Shown here: positions 25,355 through 38,279 of the stretch, in pieces
Layout of the letters: each line of letters opens with the position of its first letter
Position numbering within the stretch: the first letter of the stretch is position 1
Source: Marsupella aquatica
Lineage: Eukaryota > Plantae > Marchantiophyta
Length of the DNA stretch: 64,000 nucleotides
Direction: 5' to 3'
NCBI GenBank assembly: GCA_973895155.1
Contig: OZ316898.1
Coordinates: 18,983,292-19,047,291, forward strand
Position numbers and translations under genes: made by a program
Notes under the pieces: model-generated
Told to the model about the DNA's origin: nothing
Databases searched by the model: none
Seen by the model: only the letters and a program-made list of their open reading frames with translations

Positions 25355-26927
25355 TCTGTGGGTGTCGGAGGAGTGCTGTGATTCAAACACACCCTTCCAA
25401 CGCTGGGAAAACTGTATCTCCAGCCTCCAGAGCTTCAGCCGTTTCTGTCTGGGAGTATATGGCTCGAATCTTGTGGGTTTGCTCGATCGTCGTGCTTCCA
25501 AAGCTGATGCGATTGCGTTCATGAAATCGACTGCGTTCGAGAAATCTTCAAGTGTTCCAGAGCACCAAAAGGGGTTTCACAGTAGGATAGAGAACTCTTC
25601 AGCGTGACGGATAAGATATCGAGAGCACATACAAAAAAGTTCATCGCCAGGAAAGATAGAGAGCCATTGGATTAGTTTGGCTGTTTTTCTTGACCATTGA
25701 TGGAGTAAATGGACACCCGTGGCACATATGTGCTTCCCCACACTGCCCCATAAATGCCCGGCCTTCCTATGGACTGGTACTCTTTGCGGCCAGTGCAAAG
25801 CATGGGCATAGGGCTTGTGGTTACATAATAACTCTAGACCTAAGAATAAATGCCGAATAACAGAAGGTGAAATAGTAGTATTGAAACTAAAATGAATGAA
25901 AGATATGTGATTTGACATAAAGGAGTGGCAATAGACCTATCCCTAAGGTCATTAAATTTCTTGTGCAATTTTAGCAAAAAATTCAGAATAAAACATTAAT
26001 ATCCCCAACCTGGTGCCTCTTTCCTTAGTAAAGTTGCATGAAAGGAAACACTTTGAACATGAAAAGAAAACTTTATGATAACTTTTTGGGCCACCAAATG
26101 AATACTTCAAAGTTTTTCAATTTTCTTCACATACCATATATGCATCCCTAGAGCACATTCCTGTCTGACTTGCTAACTTAGTTAAAACATTGGATGTGGC
26201 CCATTAGCTCTTGTCACATTGGAAAATGTGGAATAAGTTAGTTAAAATATTGGATGTGGCCCATTAGCTCTTGTCACATTGGAAAATGTGGACACTAGTC
26301 ATTGAGTTAGCACTCATGTAGTATTTGACATTTTCCCCATTATCTTCTTCCTTTTTATGGATTTCACTTGTTTTTCTTTTCCTGGTTTGGTGTTAGTCCT
26401 CTTTGAATCTCTTTTTCTTTACTTTCATTGTATTTTGATTTTGCCTGATTTATAAATTTTGCTGCAAGTTAGATTTCATATATGAACCTGTCAGAATTTA
26501 GGGATAGGTCGAATGTAGTAAATCTGAATATCAGAAAACGCTGTGCTGTGGAGAACTCTGCCCCCGAACGCTTCTCTCCATGAAACCCGCCCCTACAAAG
26601 ATCTTGGGGTGGCAGGCAAAATTCGTAAATACGAATCTCCCGCCATCTGTAGTGCTCTCGATATCTTATCCGTCACGCTGAAGAGTTCTCTATACTACCG
26701 TGAAATCCCTTTTGGTGCTCCGGAACACCTGAAGATTTCTCGAACGCAGTCGATTTCATGAACGCCATCGCATCAGCTTTGGAAGCACGACGATCGAGCA
26801 AACCCACAAGATTCGAGCCATTTTTCTCCCACACAGAAACGGCTGAAGCTCTGGAGGCTGGAGATACGGTTTTCCCAGCGTCGGAAGGAGTGTTTGAATC
26901 ACAGCACTCCTCCGGGACACCCACAGA
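25355..26927. repeat. Inverted duplication of ~275 bp (25355-25628 and 26652-26927) between the divergent PUR7 and FLIP genes
   Basis: gtgctctcgatatcttatccgtcacgctgaagagttctct...gacacccacaga is present on - at 25628-25355 and on + at 26652-26927, with about 15 differences by eye. Confidence 0.97.
26178..26292 (+). repeat. 60-bp tandem duplication in the spacer of the inverted repeat
   Basis: tagttaaaa(c/t)attggatgtggcccattagctcttgtcacattggaaaatgtgga occurs twice. Confidence 0.95.
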
Positions 26928-27175
26928 ATGCTCTCTCTTTCAATGGAAACGCTCGTTTGATTGGTCAAATCTTTCGCATCTACAGCAGGTTTGAATAATT
27001 TTGTTAGCTCTGTTCATTTAACACTCTGTCTCGTTTGTTCGAGTCGTTCGTAACTAGGTCGAAGCATTTTCTCAAGCTCCAGCAAAGAAGGCTGAGCTAT
27101 ACACGCTATGTTTCGTTTTCGTTCGCTTTTATATTTCGTTTGGGCATTTAGTCAAAGCTCAGCACAGAAATCTTA

Positions 27176-27339
27176 GCTTTACCAGCGCTGTCTGTGCACG
27201 GTGTTTTCGAGGATTTACTAATCTTTGAATTTGACGAACTAGAAATTCTGCAATGTTGCTTTACCAACGCTGTCTGTGCACGGTGTTTTCGAGGTTTCAC
27301 TAATCTTTGAATTCGACGAACTAAAAATTCTGCAATGTT
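27176..27339 (+). repeat. ~81-bp tandem duplication in the putative FLIP 5'UTR intron
   Basis: gctttacca(g/a)cgctgtctgtgcacggtgttttcgagg...gacgaacta(g/a)aaattctgcaatgtt occurs twice. Confidence 0.95.
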
Positions 27340-27509
27340 GGCTCCTGCAGTTCACTTGAACGTCTCTACGGCAATCGGGACTTCCGGTTATTATGATGTA
27401 ACAAGCAACTGAACAAAATTAAGAAACCACCCCGGTTTCTTTCCCTGTCCTACGCGATTTCTCCCTGCGGAGGGACGGACAACAATTTTGTTAGGGAGAG
27501 CCCTCGAGA

Positions 27510-30500
27510 ATGCCACCAGCAGCGACTAGGCAGGCTGCTGGGATGGAAACTTTGGTGGATCCCCCTTTTTCCAGCTCTGAATTGAAAGTCGCTGTTGTAA
27601 GACTGTCTACAGACAAGGTGAGGTTTCTTCTCTCGGGCCTCTTTTCTTTGCCTCGCTCCCGTCTGTGCCACCAACCAAAGTTCCATTCCTCACTTGACCG
27701 GGTTTTGTTTCATCGCCTTTTGCATCCGTCTATTTCGTTTGTTCTTTTGTAGTTTTGGGTTTGAGTCCCCCCTCGTCCTATTTGAAGTCGACGAATGGAT
27801 CGTCTGTTTGAATTTGATTCTCCAGCTCCCTATTCCAAGTCATCGAATTTGTTCTTCCGCAGCACTACATTATGGTGGTTATGTCGTCCTTTAGCGTTTC
27901 TCCTGTCGAGCTGTAGCTCTACCAGATCATTCCACTCTGTAAAGTTGTCACGTGGATTCAAGCTCAAGCTTAAGGAAAGTAGTTTTGTGTTGTGATTTTG
28001 GCGATCTCCTATTCAGCTGCTGTATCTCGTTTGTTTTCATGGTAAGCCCAAGGCTTTCGGTTAGACATGACCAAACCAGTCTGTGTCTGGTACCTTCAGG
28101 CTTTTAGCTCCATTCTGTGTGTGACAGTAAGTGGAACAACTGAACTGACGGCTCGTGGTGTAATCTCCAGGTCCTCTGTTCTCGAAAGAAGATCTTGGAG
28201 GAGATTTGTTGTAGAGCTCCGGTCAGCTCGGCCGCCTTACGTACCGTTTGGGAAGCCTTGACAGTATCCGATAAATAATCCATTTGCGGAATATTTAGTG
28301 AGTCATTTTAGCATTTGTTCAAAACACTAGACTGAGGCCAGGGCTAGATCAGAACTTAGCCAAAAAATCAAGGAATCACAGCAATTAGTTTCCTGATTTC
28401 TTTGCCAGTCAGATGGGAAATCTGTTAGCACTGCGTTAGACACGTAGTTCACTTGTTCAGATCAGGGAGTCTGCTCTTCTTGCTAGGTAGTCCCCTCATT
28501 GCTAACCTCCATCTTCCAACATTAGACCCTGGTAGTCTCGGTACAATACTGACCCGGGACTCATTTATCTATTGAAGTACTCTGTCCCGAAGAGTGAGTA
28601 AGAAGGTCATGGTTTTGCGGAGTCTATTTTGATTGCGATTCATTTGTCGGGAAATTCCCAGTTTCGTTGTGGACCTTGACTGCTTGGCGGGCTTCCTGGA
28701 AAGACCCACAGTACTCTGGATCAGAGCTTTCCGAATGGCGGACGTCTGTTATTGAAGCTGCCGATGGACCCACAAAAGAATCAAAGGGAATGCCCGAGAT
28801 CTTCATTTTATACGCTGAGCTTGCGGTCAAGGTAACTGCTCTCTTTCGTAAGGCTATTCCCTGTTTGAGAATTGTCCTTCGCTTAGACTTGGAGTTGTCT
28901 CAGCAGTCTGTTCCTCTTCAGGTGATCCCCTTCGCATTCGAATTGTGTCCACACTCGATTGTCGATAAGGCGTCTTTCTAAATATTGTCAGCCCATACAT
29001 TCGAGTGTAGGGAGGCAACTGGTGCATGAAGATTACTGCTGCATATGTCCAGGATTGCTTGTCCCAGCGCGATTCGCTAGCTGAAGTCACCAAGGTATGG
29101 AGGTCAGTTGATCGCGTCATGTGTCGTTGATGATTTGAATCATGTTGGCGGGTAACATTCTCTGGCAATATCATTTTCCAGCCGATTACAGTGATCAAGG
29201 ACGCAATCATGCCTAGTATATGTGGCCGGGTTTAAGTTTTATTCACTGAATGTCTATTCCTGGCTGGGAGGAACTTTGGGAGGAACTTTGGGAGGAACTT
29301 TGGGAGAAGCAAATTTCAAACGGGGTAGTCCTCGAATTCTCATCTGGGAAACATTTACTGCGGTTAAGATTGTTTTCTCTGGTGGTTTCAGATACAACAG
29401 GCGGTCATACGACTAACTTCCAGAGTCTTCGAAGCAGTGGCAGATGTCTATTTGGCAGGCCAAACCCTCCTGTTTGAGGAACCTTCCGCGTCAACTTTGG
29501 AGAGTTTGGCATCAAATGCGTTCGAGCTCGTGAGACTAATCTACGTTTCTATGATGGTGAGCTTATGGTCGTCGTTTCAGTGTCTGGGTTCGGCCAATCT
29601 TTGTCTTTCACACTATCCCGATGTGATAACAGGTAGCGTAGGCTTAGCGAGCCACCTCCACGGGTGTCAAATTGCATTGAATTGACTTCGGCTCATCAGG
29701 GGAAAAACTTTGCAAGTTTTAAATAGATAACTTGATGTGTTTGAGCAGAAAAAACCGTCGTCACAGCCTGCCGACGACGATGTGCTGAGGAAACGTTGTC
29801 AGGATCTTCTGAATGTGACCTACCGGCTTGTACACATTTTCCGCCGGCAGGTGGGCGGTAGGCTCCAAGAAACGAATCACAATTCCCAAGAGCAAAGCAG
29901 TCCTGGAAGTAGATGGTCTCATGTGCCGACAGCACTACGGGTAGTAGCCTCTTCTATTCAAAGTTTCGCAGAATTTGGTAAACTATCAACTTCCAGTGGG
30001 GAGAGACCTCTTGCCCTTCTGAGCATCTCCTGGAAGAGCATTTTGGCATTACTGCAGGTGGACGAAGGAAGAGACGCTGTGGCTTCCGTAGTTGACATAA
30101 CATCTATTTTAGTGACCCTGATCTCCAATGCTGTACAGGCGACGAAGCGAGCCATTGAGACCTGGATAGTAAAGTGCACAAATTTCGAACAGAAGGAAGC
30201 TCGGAAGCTGTGCATTCCAATCAAGTTCTTCTTGATTACAGCGCTGAAGATATCATCAGTTTATCCACAAAAGGCAGTAATGGCCAATAGGAACATGATC
30301 TCTTTCGCATCAAAAGTTTATGCGTGTTTGCTTCAAAAGGATCTCATACGTCACAAGGCAGCTACAGAGGAATTTTCTGAACTTGTCGTCCCCACAGCAT
30401 TCGCTCTTTTGCAGAATCTCCTGAATGACCGAAGTATAAATGAAGACCTGAAAATTCAGATTCTGCGAGACATCACGATCGATTCCGATGAATTGGAGAT

Positions 30501-32451
30501 TTCACAGGCGATCACCGATTTAGATGGATGTGCTGAGGGGAATGACATTGTGGACGAGCTGTTCTGCAACAAACCGGCGTTGTGTCCAGGTGCAGGGCTG
30601 GTGAGGACCGGTAAAGTGGTGCTGTTTCTCTCCGTTTTGCGCTCCTCTGGCAGCTACAGTAAGGCCCTGCTCTATGAACTTCTGGCAAAGCTGCGATGGC
30701 TCCTGGACGAAGTTCCTGAAGAAGGGATGTATGTGCTTATGACACAGACACTTTACTTACCTGTTGATCGTTCGGACGTGAGTGGAAAGTGGAAATGGCA
30801 GGTTATGGTTCTTTGGGTATCACATGCCATTGAAGTCTTTGCGGCAGTAACAACGAAGCAGGAGGCCATCTGGACTGAGTTCAAGTACTTTCTCTTTGAC
30901 GAAGTATTGCATCCCTCTGCTATCTGTGGAGAGTTGGTGCTGAATGTATGGAGCTTCATCATACGGCAAAGTGACCCTGAGATGGCTCTGGACCATGTTG
31001 GTTCTTTATTATCTATCCTTCGACAATCAAACGTTACCGAGGAGGAAGAATCTTTGCAACGGAGATTGGCCAGGACAATCTGCGTTCTTCTTCAAGCTGC
31101 TCCCAAAGCTGTCGCTTCACAAGTCTGTAACACTAATCCGTTTCATTCAGATGAAGATGCGACCATTATCACCCAGCTTCTACAGGAGGGGCTCCCTCTT
31201 AGTAAGCCTGGATCCAACAGTCTACTCTCCTGCTGCATTGCTTGTGGAAAGGGTTTGGTTGAATCCCTCAAGGTGGAAAGTCGAGCTCTTCACTCACAGT
31301 TTTATGTCCCAAAACGTGCGCTTGTGTGCTTGTCGCTGTTAATCTCGCAAAGGTGATAGTCCGTTCTAAACTCATCCACATTTCGGTTTATAGAGATGTT
31401 TGCTTAGGAGTTTGACGACAGTGACAAATCATTGTATTTTCGCGGATATCGCTCATGCTAAAGGTTGACTATTAGATTCATGACTAAAGACTCTCAGTGA
31501 ATTTAGTGCATTACCCTTGACGAAGACAATTGAAGCGTCTAAGATCTTTCCTCTCTCAACTGCAGTGCTTGTCGAGGCGAATTGATAGAGGAAAAATACC
31601 TGGAGGAGATTAAGCAAATCGTTCTTTGTTTGATTTCGATGTACACTTTCGATCATAACAAGTCCCGCATGTTTCATAGTCAAGGGATTATTGGTCCTAC
31701 ATTGGAGCTGATTCCATACGTGCAACATTTGCTAGATCCGACAAAATTGGAAGAATTACTTCCCAGGCTTCTAGAAATATGTCTTACCACTCCGGATACC
31801 TCTAATTACAGTAAAGAGCTGAAGCAGTCGATGCCCGAGTTCCTAGCAAATCTCAGTGATGTTGCTATACAGGAAGATGAGAGCAACCCAGCAATGAAGG
31901 CTCTGTGGGGTCTGTATCATCTAGTACTCAGAGAAAAGCCTTGGGCCCTAATTCATATGGGCTTACTATCTTTTGCACATTTCGCTGCTCACACCTCTTG
32001 CCAAGAGCTTTGGCGGTTTGTACCACCGGATGCAGCTGTAGTTTCTAATGGAAATGGAGATGATGATTTTATGACGGCCCTGAAAGGTTTCATCGAAAAG
32101 GAGTGCGCCCTTCTTTCCCTGGCTTCATCTGCGGAAGAGCTCCAATTGTTGAGAACCGAATCGAATTTACAGCAGCAGAAGCACAAGAGAGTTCTTGCTG
32201 CTCTCAGAAATTCTAAGGATGGAGAAGAGGGTGTAAAAATTCAGCAAAGTACAAAGCTTGGCACTAAACCGCCTTCAGGCAGTTCTGAAATCCAGGAAGC
32301 AGTTGCAATGCTATGCAAGGGGATGGGCGTGCTGAAGGATAGAGCCCCAGAGATGCTTAAGGGTGAAGCCTCTCAACAATGGGAAGCTTTAGGCGCTCGG
32401 CTGGAAGAAATGAACAAACAAGTTAAAGCTTTCCAGCGTCTGGACGGATGA
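27510..32451 (+). CDS. FLIP: FLIP/MEICA1/FIRRM(C1orf112)-like DUF4487 protein, partner of the FIGL1 anti-recombinase, ~1028 aa
   Basis: Exons 27510-27617, 28171-28240, 28662-28831, 29011-29094, 29392-29556, 29749-31352, 31566-32451 (3087 nt, phases consistent). C-terminal ALWGLYHLVLREKPWALIHMGLLSFAHFAAHTSCQELWRFVPPDAA and central LLSISWKSILALLQ / CIPIKFFLITALKI match plant FLIP motifs as I recall them. The small 5' exons are less certain. Confidence 0.8.
29266..29305 (+). repeat. 12-bp tandem repeat (gggaggaacttt) x3 in a FLIP intron
   Basis: Read directly from the sequence. Confidence 0.9.
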
Positions 32452-34616
32452 CTACATATCTGCTTAAGTCTTTCTCGCAAGTACGGGATAAGCTGACAGT
32501 GGAGACTCCAATGGCTGTTAGCGGAACCTCGCTATCCCAGCAGAGACCTTCAAACATCTCACTCTGTCGACTCAGCTGATTGGAGACAGAATTGTCGCAG
32601 CCGGCGAGGGCGGTGAAGAGCAAGAACGAGGATTTTCATCGCGTTCATATGTTCCGAATTCAGACTACCAAGTGGAGCCTGCTCCCACGTAAGTGAAACA
32701 TTTATGACGCTGATAGATGTGACATTATAATTAACCTCTGGAAAGTATTACTGCAGAGTTGCATCCCTGTGTAGCAGGCATGGTTTGCCAGTCGTGGGAA
32801 TTTAGGATTGTTCTAAATTTGATGTTGATGGGTCTTGGGTGTTCAGATCATTCTAGAGAAGCACTCGTTGGTAACACTGCGGAAACTCTTACGAGCTAAT
32901 GTTTGTAGGCGTTCATCAAGAACTCTGGGGGATTTCTCACCGTGGACCGGGAGATTTCCATGCTATGTGAAGGAGACAGTGTGAACCCTTAGTTCTACTC
33001 GACAGATTGTCGCACTGGGAGACATGTCCAGCCCTTGCAATGGCCAACTACTCAAGAGGAGGGGATAGGGACGGGTCGAGTCTTCTGGATCACCGTCATG
33101 GATTGGACAGTTCTGGAGTTTCACGATGAAATTGAGAAATAACGGTCCATGTCCTTCGGCTGGACGGATCTGGAATTCCAGCCAGCCTTCGTCTGTCTCA
33201 GATTCATGACCTCCGTCAGGATTAATTCATAGCTCCCCTTTCTAACCAACTTAGTTTCCCCTGTCTATAACTCCTCAGTCGACTCTTTGGACTACTCAAT
33301 GGACCACCTCTCGGGACGAAATGTGCAGGTCGGTCTTTCCCGTTTTGGGGAAGGCAAATCTGTCATAGCCCAGATCCTCGTCCACATTATTACGGTCAGC
33401 CGTCATCCTCCGTTGCTTAACAATCTCCAGCCGCAGTGGCTGCAGGAAGGTTCTACACTTTATCCTTGGGTGGCATGCCAGGTCTCTGACCTTGGAGGAT
33501 TCCGTGAAATCCCGATTCGCCGTTGGCGCTTTTTTACCTCTACCTTGGAGAAGTTCATTGCAAATACTGATGGTGGGGAGGAGCACATGGTCTTTCTTCG
33601 GGAGGCTCGTTAGGGCTGTTAGAGCCTCTAGTGACATTTTCTGGGATTATAAGAATGTTTGGAGACAACCGTAGGAATGCTTGGAGGCTGAGGGCTGTCC
33701 AATTTCTCCCGAGGTATTGAGATGTGCAAAGATAATGATCACGACACTGAGGAGATTTTCAAGGATTGAGTAGAAGAAAACATTTGTATCGTTGAGAAAT
33801 CATGGTTCATGTCCCGCTCATTTGGACTCCCGTAATCGAAAACGTTAAGTAAATTATGGTGCCTTTGTATAGTGGGTTGGTGACTGGCCGTCGGATCTCG
33901 ACGATCGGGAGTACCAATTCAAAGATTCCCTGCATATTCTCTACGTTTCACCACTTTACTAAAGTGCTCACCAATCTTGTAAGAAAATGCAATTTAGAAG
34001 ATGACAATTTAGTATACAAAGGCACCTTAATTTTGAAAAAACGTTTCTAGACAATTCTAAACGTTTTCGTTTGAGGGAATTTAGAAGATGACAATTCGAG
34101 ATACAAAGGCACCATAATTATGGACAAATAATGGTCTACAATTTTACTTCGTGTCCTTCTAAAGTTTTCGATTCAAGGAGTCCTATTGAGCTGCCGGGAT
34201 GACATGAACGATGATTTGTCGAGAGCTGCCTCTTGAACTCCTACCAACCTCTGCCTTCCCTTGAATCTCGTCTGTAGAAATGATGGCAAAGGATTCCTTC
34301 CTTTCCGGGGCACCTGATACAGACAGTACGGTTGTGAGTGACCGGCAGTTTCCTAGCCGAGTTTGGTTACTAAGAGTATCATATACGCAATGAGACTTGG
34401 CGATGGGTTTTGAAAGGTGAACAGAACGTGAGACTGAAGCTCCGGGCACTTTCCCCTGAAGGACAGAGTTCTCCCCGTATATAATCCACAGAGACGTGGA
34501 GGAGGAGGCAGTGCTCAGGCTAAAGCATGTGAATGTTTGTGGAAACTAGACAGAGATTCGGAACGTGCAGGTAACAGGATTTGTTCTTCTGCAGGTGGGG
34601 AGGGAATTCAAAGAAT

Positions 34617-36418
34617 ATGTATCGGTCCAGACAAAGACGGGTGGGTAGTGGGAATGGAATGCTGTACATGCTGGCCCTGCATGCGGCTACCAAATTCATG
34701 CAACTCCCACGCAAACCTCCCGTCACTGCCTCGTTGATCTTGGCGAACACGGTTGTTTATTTGAGGCCTGGCGTCCTTGATGCGATTCTTCCTTCTGTGG
34801 ACGAAGTCTGCCTTAGTCCCTATCGTGTTATAAGGGTATGTTCTCTGACTATGCATTCTCACCTCCCTGTAAACCTCTTCGATTGTAATCATTCAAACAC
34901 CTAGTTTAAATCATACTCAAGATTCATGGCGTCTGAACCCTAGGTACTACTTTGGTGATGGACAGGTGTAGATTGCCCTTTCGATGCATAAGAATTTGTT
35001 CCATTAGGTTTCGGTTAGAGTCAATCGCTCGAACAATGGGTTGCCATGGGACAAATATAGGGTTCCAAGAAGTTAGTTGTAGCAAGATGAAGAAAGGGGT
35101 TACCTTAGCGCATACCAGCAAAGCGCGACCTGAACGTGATTTGATGTGCGGCGAATTTAAGAGCGTCGGAGAAGTGAGGTTGTTGAATGGCTAAAATCAA
35201 TCAACTTGCTCTTAAAGTCGAAAGTCCGAGGAAGAAGCTCTGTCTAAGCCCCCCAGTTCTAGAGATAACTAGCCATGATCACTGAGTTACAGTTTCACGA
35301 ATTAGTGGCATCAAAGCTAGCATGATTGTCCCGTTGGTTTCGTTTCTTCCTGAAGAAAAAACTAGCCACTCTGCCCCTACCGATGTGGCCTGCGGATCAA
35401 TTTCAAGAGGATATTGGAAAGTGAGTACTCTTTTTTTCGTTAGCCGAGACTGATGTCGCGGTAAGAGTTGGTTCTACTCCATATTTTGGGAATGCTTTTC
35501 TTATCGTGGGTGGTTAGATTTGGAACTCTTGGGTATCCATTCGGCTGGAATATATCGAGGAAAAGAGGTCGCTGACAATGATATGATTCTTGGGGTTTGC
35601 AGGACCTGGATGCGAAGCGGCTATTGCTGTCGGCGTTTTATCATATGGATGACGCTCATTTGGTATATAACATGGTGTCGTTGTTGTGGAAAGGCGTCCA
35701 GCTGGAGAACACTATGGGCAGTGCAAGGTTTGCGGGCACGGTGACAGTGCTCTTGGGGATGTCACATGGGCTTGTGGTATTGTCCGCCAAGTTGTTGGCC
35801 ATGTATGCGGACACCCCTGGGCCTATGTACTCGGAATGTGCTGTGGGTTTCTCGGCTGTCCTCTTTGCCTTGAAGACGGTTTTGAATTGGGACTCACCTG
35901 ATTACACAAACATTTATGGCATGCTTGTTCCTTCAAAATACGCTGCCTGGGCAGAGCTTTTCCTGATTCAATTGTTCGTCCCGGGAACTTCTTTTCTGGG
36001 CCACCTGTGTGGTATACTTGCTGGCCTTATTTACGTGAATGCTGGACCGTTACTTAGCGGAAGTTACTCTCCTTTTGTGTGGGTGAAGAGATTGCTTCAA
36101 CGTCCCCTATCTGTGCTATTGCAGCCATTGACGTCCATTTTAGGATGGAGGCATCAAGGGCGGATCCATGGACGTGGCACAGCGGGCAATAGAAATAGTG
36201 TGTGGCGTTGCCAAGTCTGCACTTACGATAATGGTGGGTTGAGAGATGACTGTGAGATGTGTGGTTCCTCTCGAGGAACCTCACCTGAGAGTTCTTCAGA
36301 GGAACCTGACCCTACAGCCCCACCTTGGCCTGAAGAGGAGCAAGAATATTTGCCTCCGACTGTGGAGGAATTGCGCCGCGCCCGCTTGGCACGTTTTAAT
36401 AGAAGTACCGGTAGATAA
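34617..36418 (+). CDS. RBL14: Rhomboid protease, RBL14/RHBDL4-like, with a RanBP2-type zinc finger, 344 aa
   Basis: Exons 34617-34835 and 35603-36418. Motifs RKPPVTA, LLSAFYHMDDAHLVYNM, catalytic AVGFSAVLF and SFLGHLCGILAG, WRCQVCTYDN...CEMC, and C-terminal EELRRARLARF. Confidence 0.92.
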
Positions 36419-37459
36419 TGTGCAATTGAAGAATCAGCGTCCGGGCTTGATCGCAAGTTTTTGAGGTGTCCCCAGTTGTAAATAATTACATTTGTGATAA
36501 CGACATTCTTCCACAATAAGTCACTATATGGTTGTGGTTCAGCTGTAGCTTTGGCAAACACTATGCTTCATTGGGAATGTCTGATGGTCACTTGGGTTGG
36601 CAGCTTGGTCCTATGCTTTCTTCAAATTCCTAATCTGTTGGCATTCTCCGCTGTACTGTGGGTTTGTGGATGAAACCAGTAAAGGGACGATGACTAGCAT
36701 ACATTGTCAAAAGTCAAATTGCTCTCGTCCTTCACTTTCGCCTGACATCCTCCTGAGATTGGCGGATACTTGATCTTTCGTGCAGAATCAGCTTAATGTT
36801 CAGATTTCTCTCCCTGCTTTGTACTTTCATCTCGTTGGCATATTGAGCACAAGTTGACCAAGTTTTCTCGAGTTCCTCCATCCTTGCCGAGATGGCAAAG
36901 AGGCTGAATGATCTTTGAAGCTGGGCTGTCGTGTCATGAAGTGGTTGGTGTTGAGATCTTGGTTATTGTGCTCCCGAAAACATGTCCCTCTTATTTCCAA
37001 TTTTTTGTTACTTCCCTCTTAGCTTCTGTGCAAGGTTTGAGAACTGCGGCGCAGCAGAACTGGGCTATTGCCGAACATTCACGGTAGGTTTCCTTCAAAG
37101 ATGAGCCTCATCTTGTTGGCACTATCGGGAATTGGCCTGTTTGGTTTCTTCACGGCTCAGCAGTCATTTCTACGGCTACTGTATTTGACATAGATTCTGG
37201 AGCGAGTGACATTTGCGTTCGAAGATTCATCACAATGAGATGTATCAAGTCCATTGAAGAGTGTTGCTCTGTCTGATGAAGTCTGCTCTAGAGGACAATG
37301 TCATCCACAAGGACAACTCTAGTGACGTCTGCAAAGGTGAACTACGGTATTGCCAACAGAAGAAAGGCGACCTCTCCTTCCATTCTTCAATGACCTCTAC
37401 AACCACATGAGCATCCTCAGGAGGTGGCTCTCTCAACATCAAGGTTCAAACTTCATTCT

Positions 37460-37590
37460 CTAGATTTGCTTAGTGTAAGAACGGAATCATCGGGCTTCAA
37501 ACATTCATCCCATACATTTGCTTAGTGTATGAGTGGCTATCATCAAGCTTCAAGCGTTTGTCCTATAGATTTGCTTAGTGTATGAATGGG
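37460..37590 (+). repeat. ~53-bp tandem repeat, ~2.5 copies
   Basis: atttgcttagtgta recurs at ~37464, ~37516 and ~37569 with similar intervening sequence. Confidence 0.8.
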
Positions 37591-38279
37591 ACTATACTCT
37601 ACACATGAGTCCCTTCATTTAGAAAGAAAGGTGCAAACCTGGTGGGCAATAACAAATCTACCTCAAGGTGATGCCAGAGATGTCAAGATTGGTTGTTAGA
37701 TTCCCAGCAGTGTGAGCCAAAATACCCTGCCAAGTGAAAAAGGGTGGGTGTCTGGGGCAAGTCCTGCCTCAAGGGCAACCTCCACTGGTCCACTTGTTCA
37801 AAAGCAACGTATACATTTGAATTTGCATGCAACCCATCTGCAGCCATGGGATCGATGTGCTCATGTGCAATCTCAGATGTCCAGGTAGGTTTGTGGTCAG
37901 TTAAAGGGCCTCACCTGACCCGTTCGAAGAGTGTAGGAGTGCCGGGGCGGAGTAAGAAAAAGGAAGGGGCTGGCCTATGGTGTTGCGATACAGGGGATGA
38001 GAGGGAGGCTTGGCAGCTCTGTTTGGCAGCCTGGTGGTGTATCTGCCAGTCAATTAGTTCAGATGGGTTGATGTAAAGCTGGTGCAACAGGGTGTCGTTA
38101 ATTGCTCTATTGGACTCATGTTGTGGCAACTATTGTTACAGGCACTTACATAACTACTGTTGCATTTTCAAGCTAAAGTTTCCAAATGTAACCCAGCTGC
38201 AATTTGTGAGTTAGTACAATGGTTCTAGATGAACAATTGTTTTTTCTTTTGGCAGTCTGTCTGTCCACAAGGTCAATAA

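Noticed and set aside
25355-26927. Inverted arms as TIRs of a Mutator-like element
   Set aside because: No 8-11-bp TSD at the outer ends, and the arms look like outward-facing genic promoter/leader sequence. Not fully excluded without a copy-number search.
27176-27339. Intronic snoRNA pair
   Set aside because: A TGACGA C-box-like word is present but no properly placed CTGA D box or H/ACA structure.
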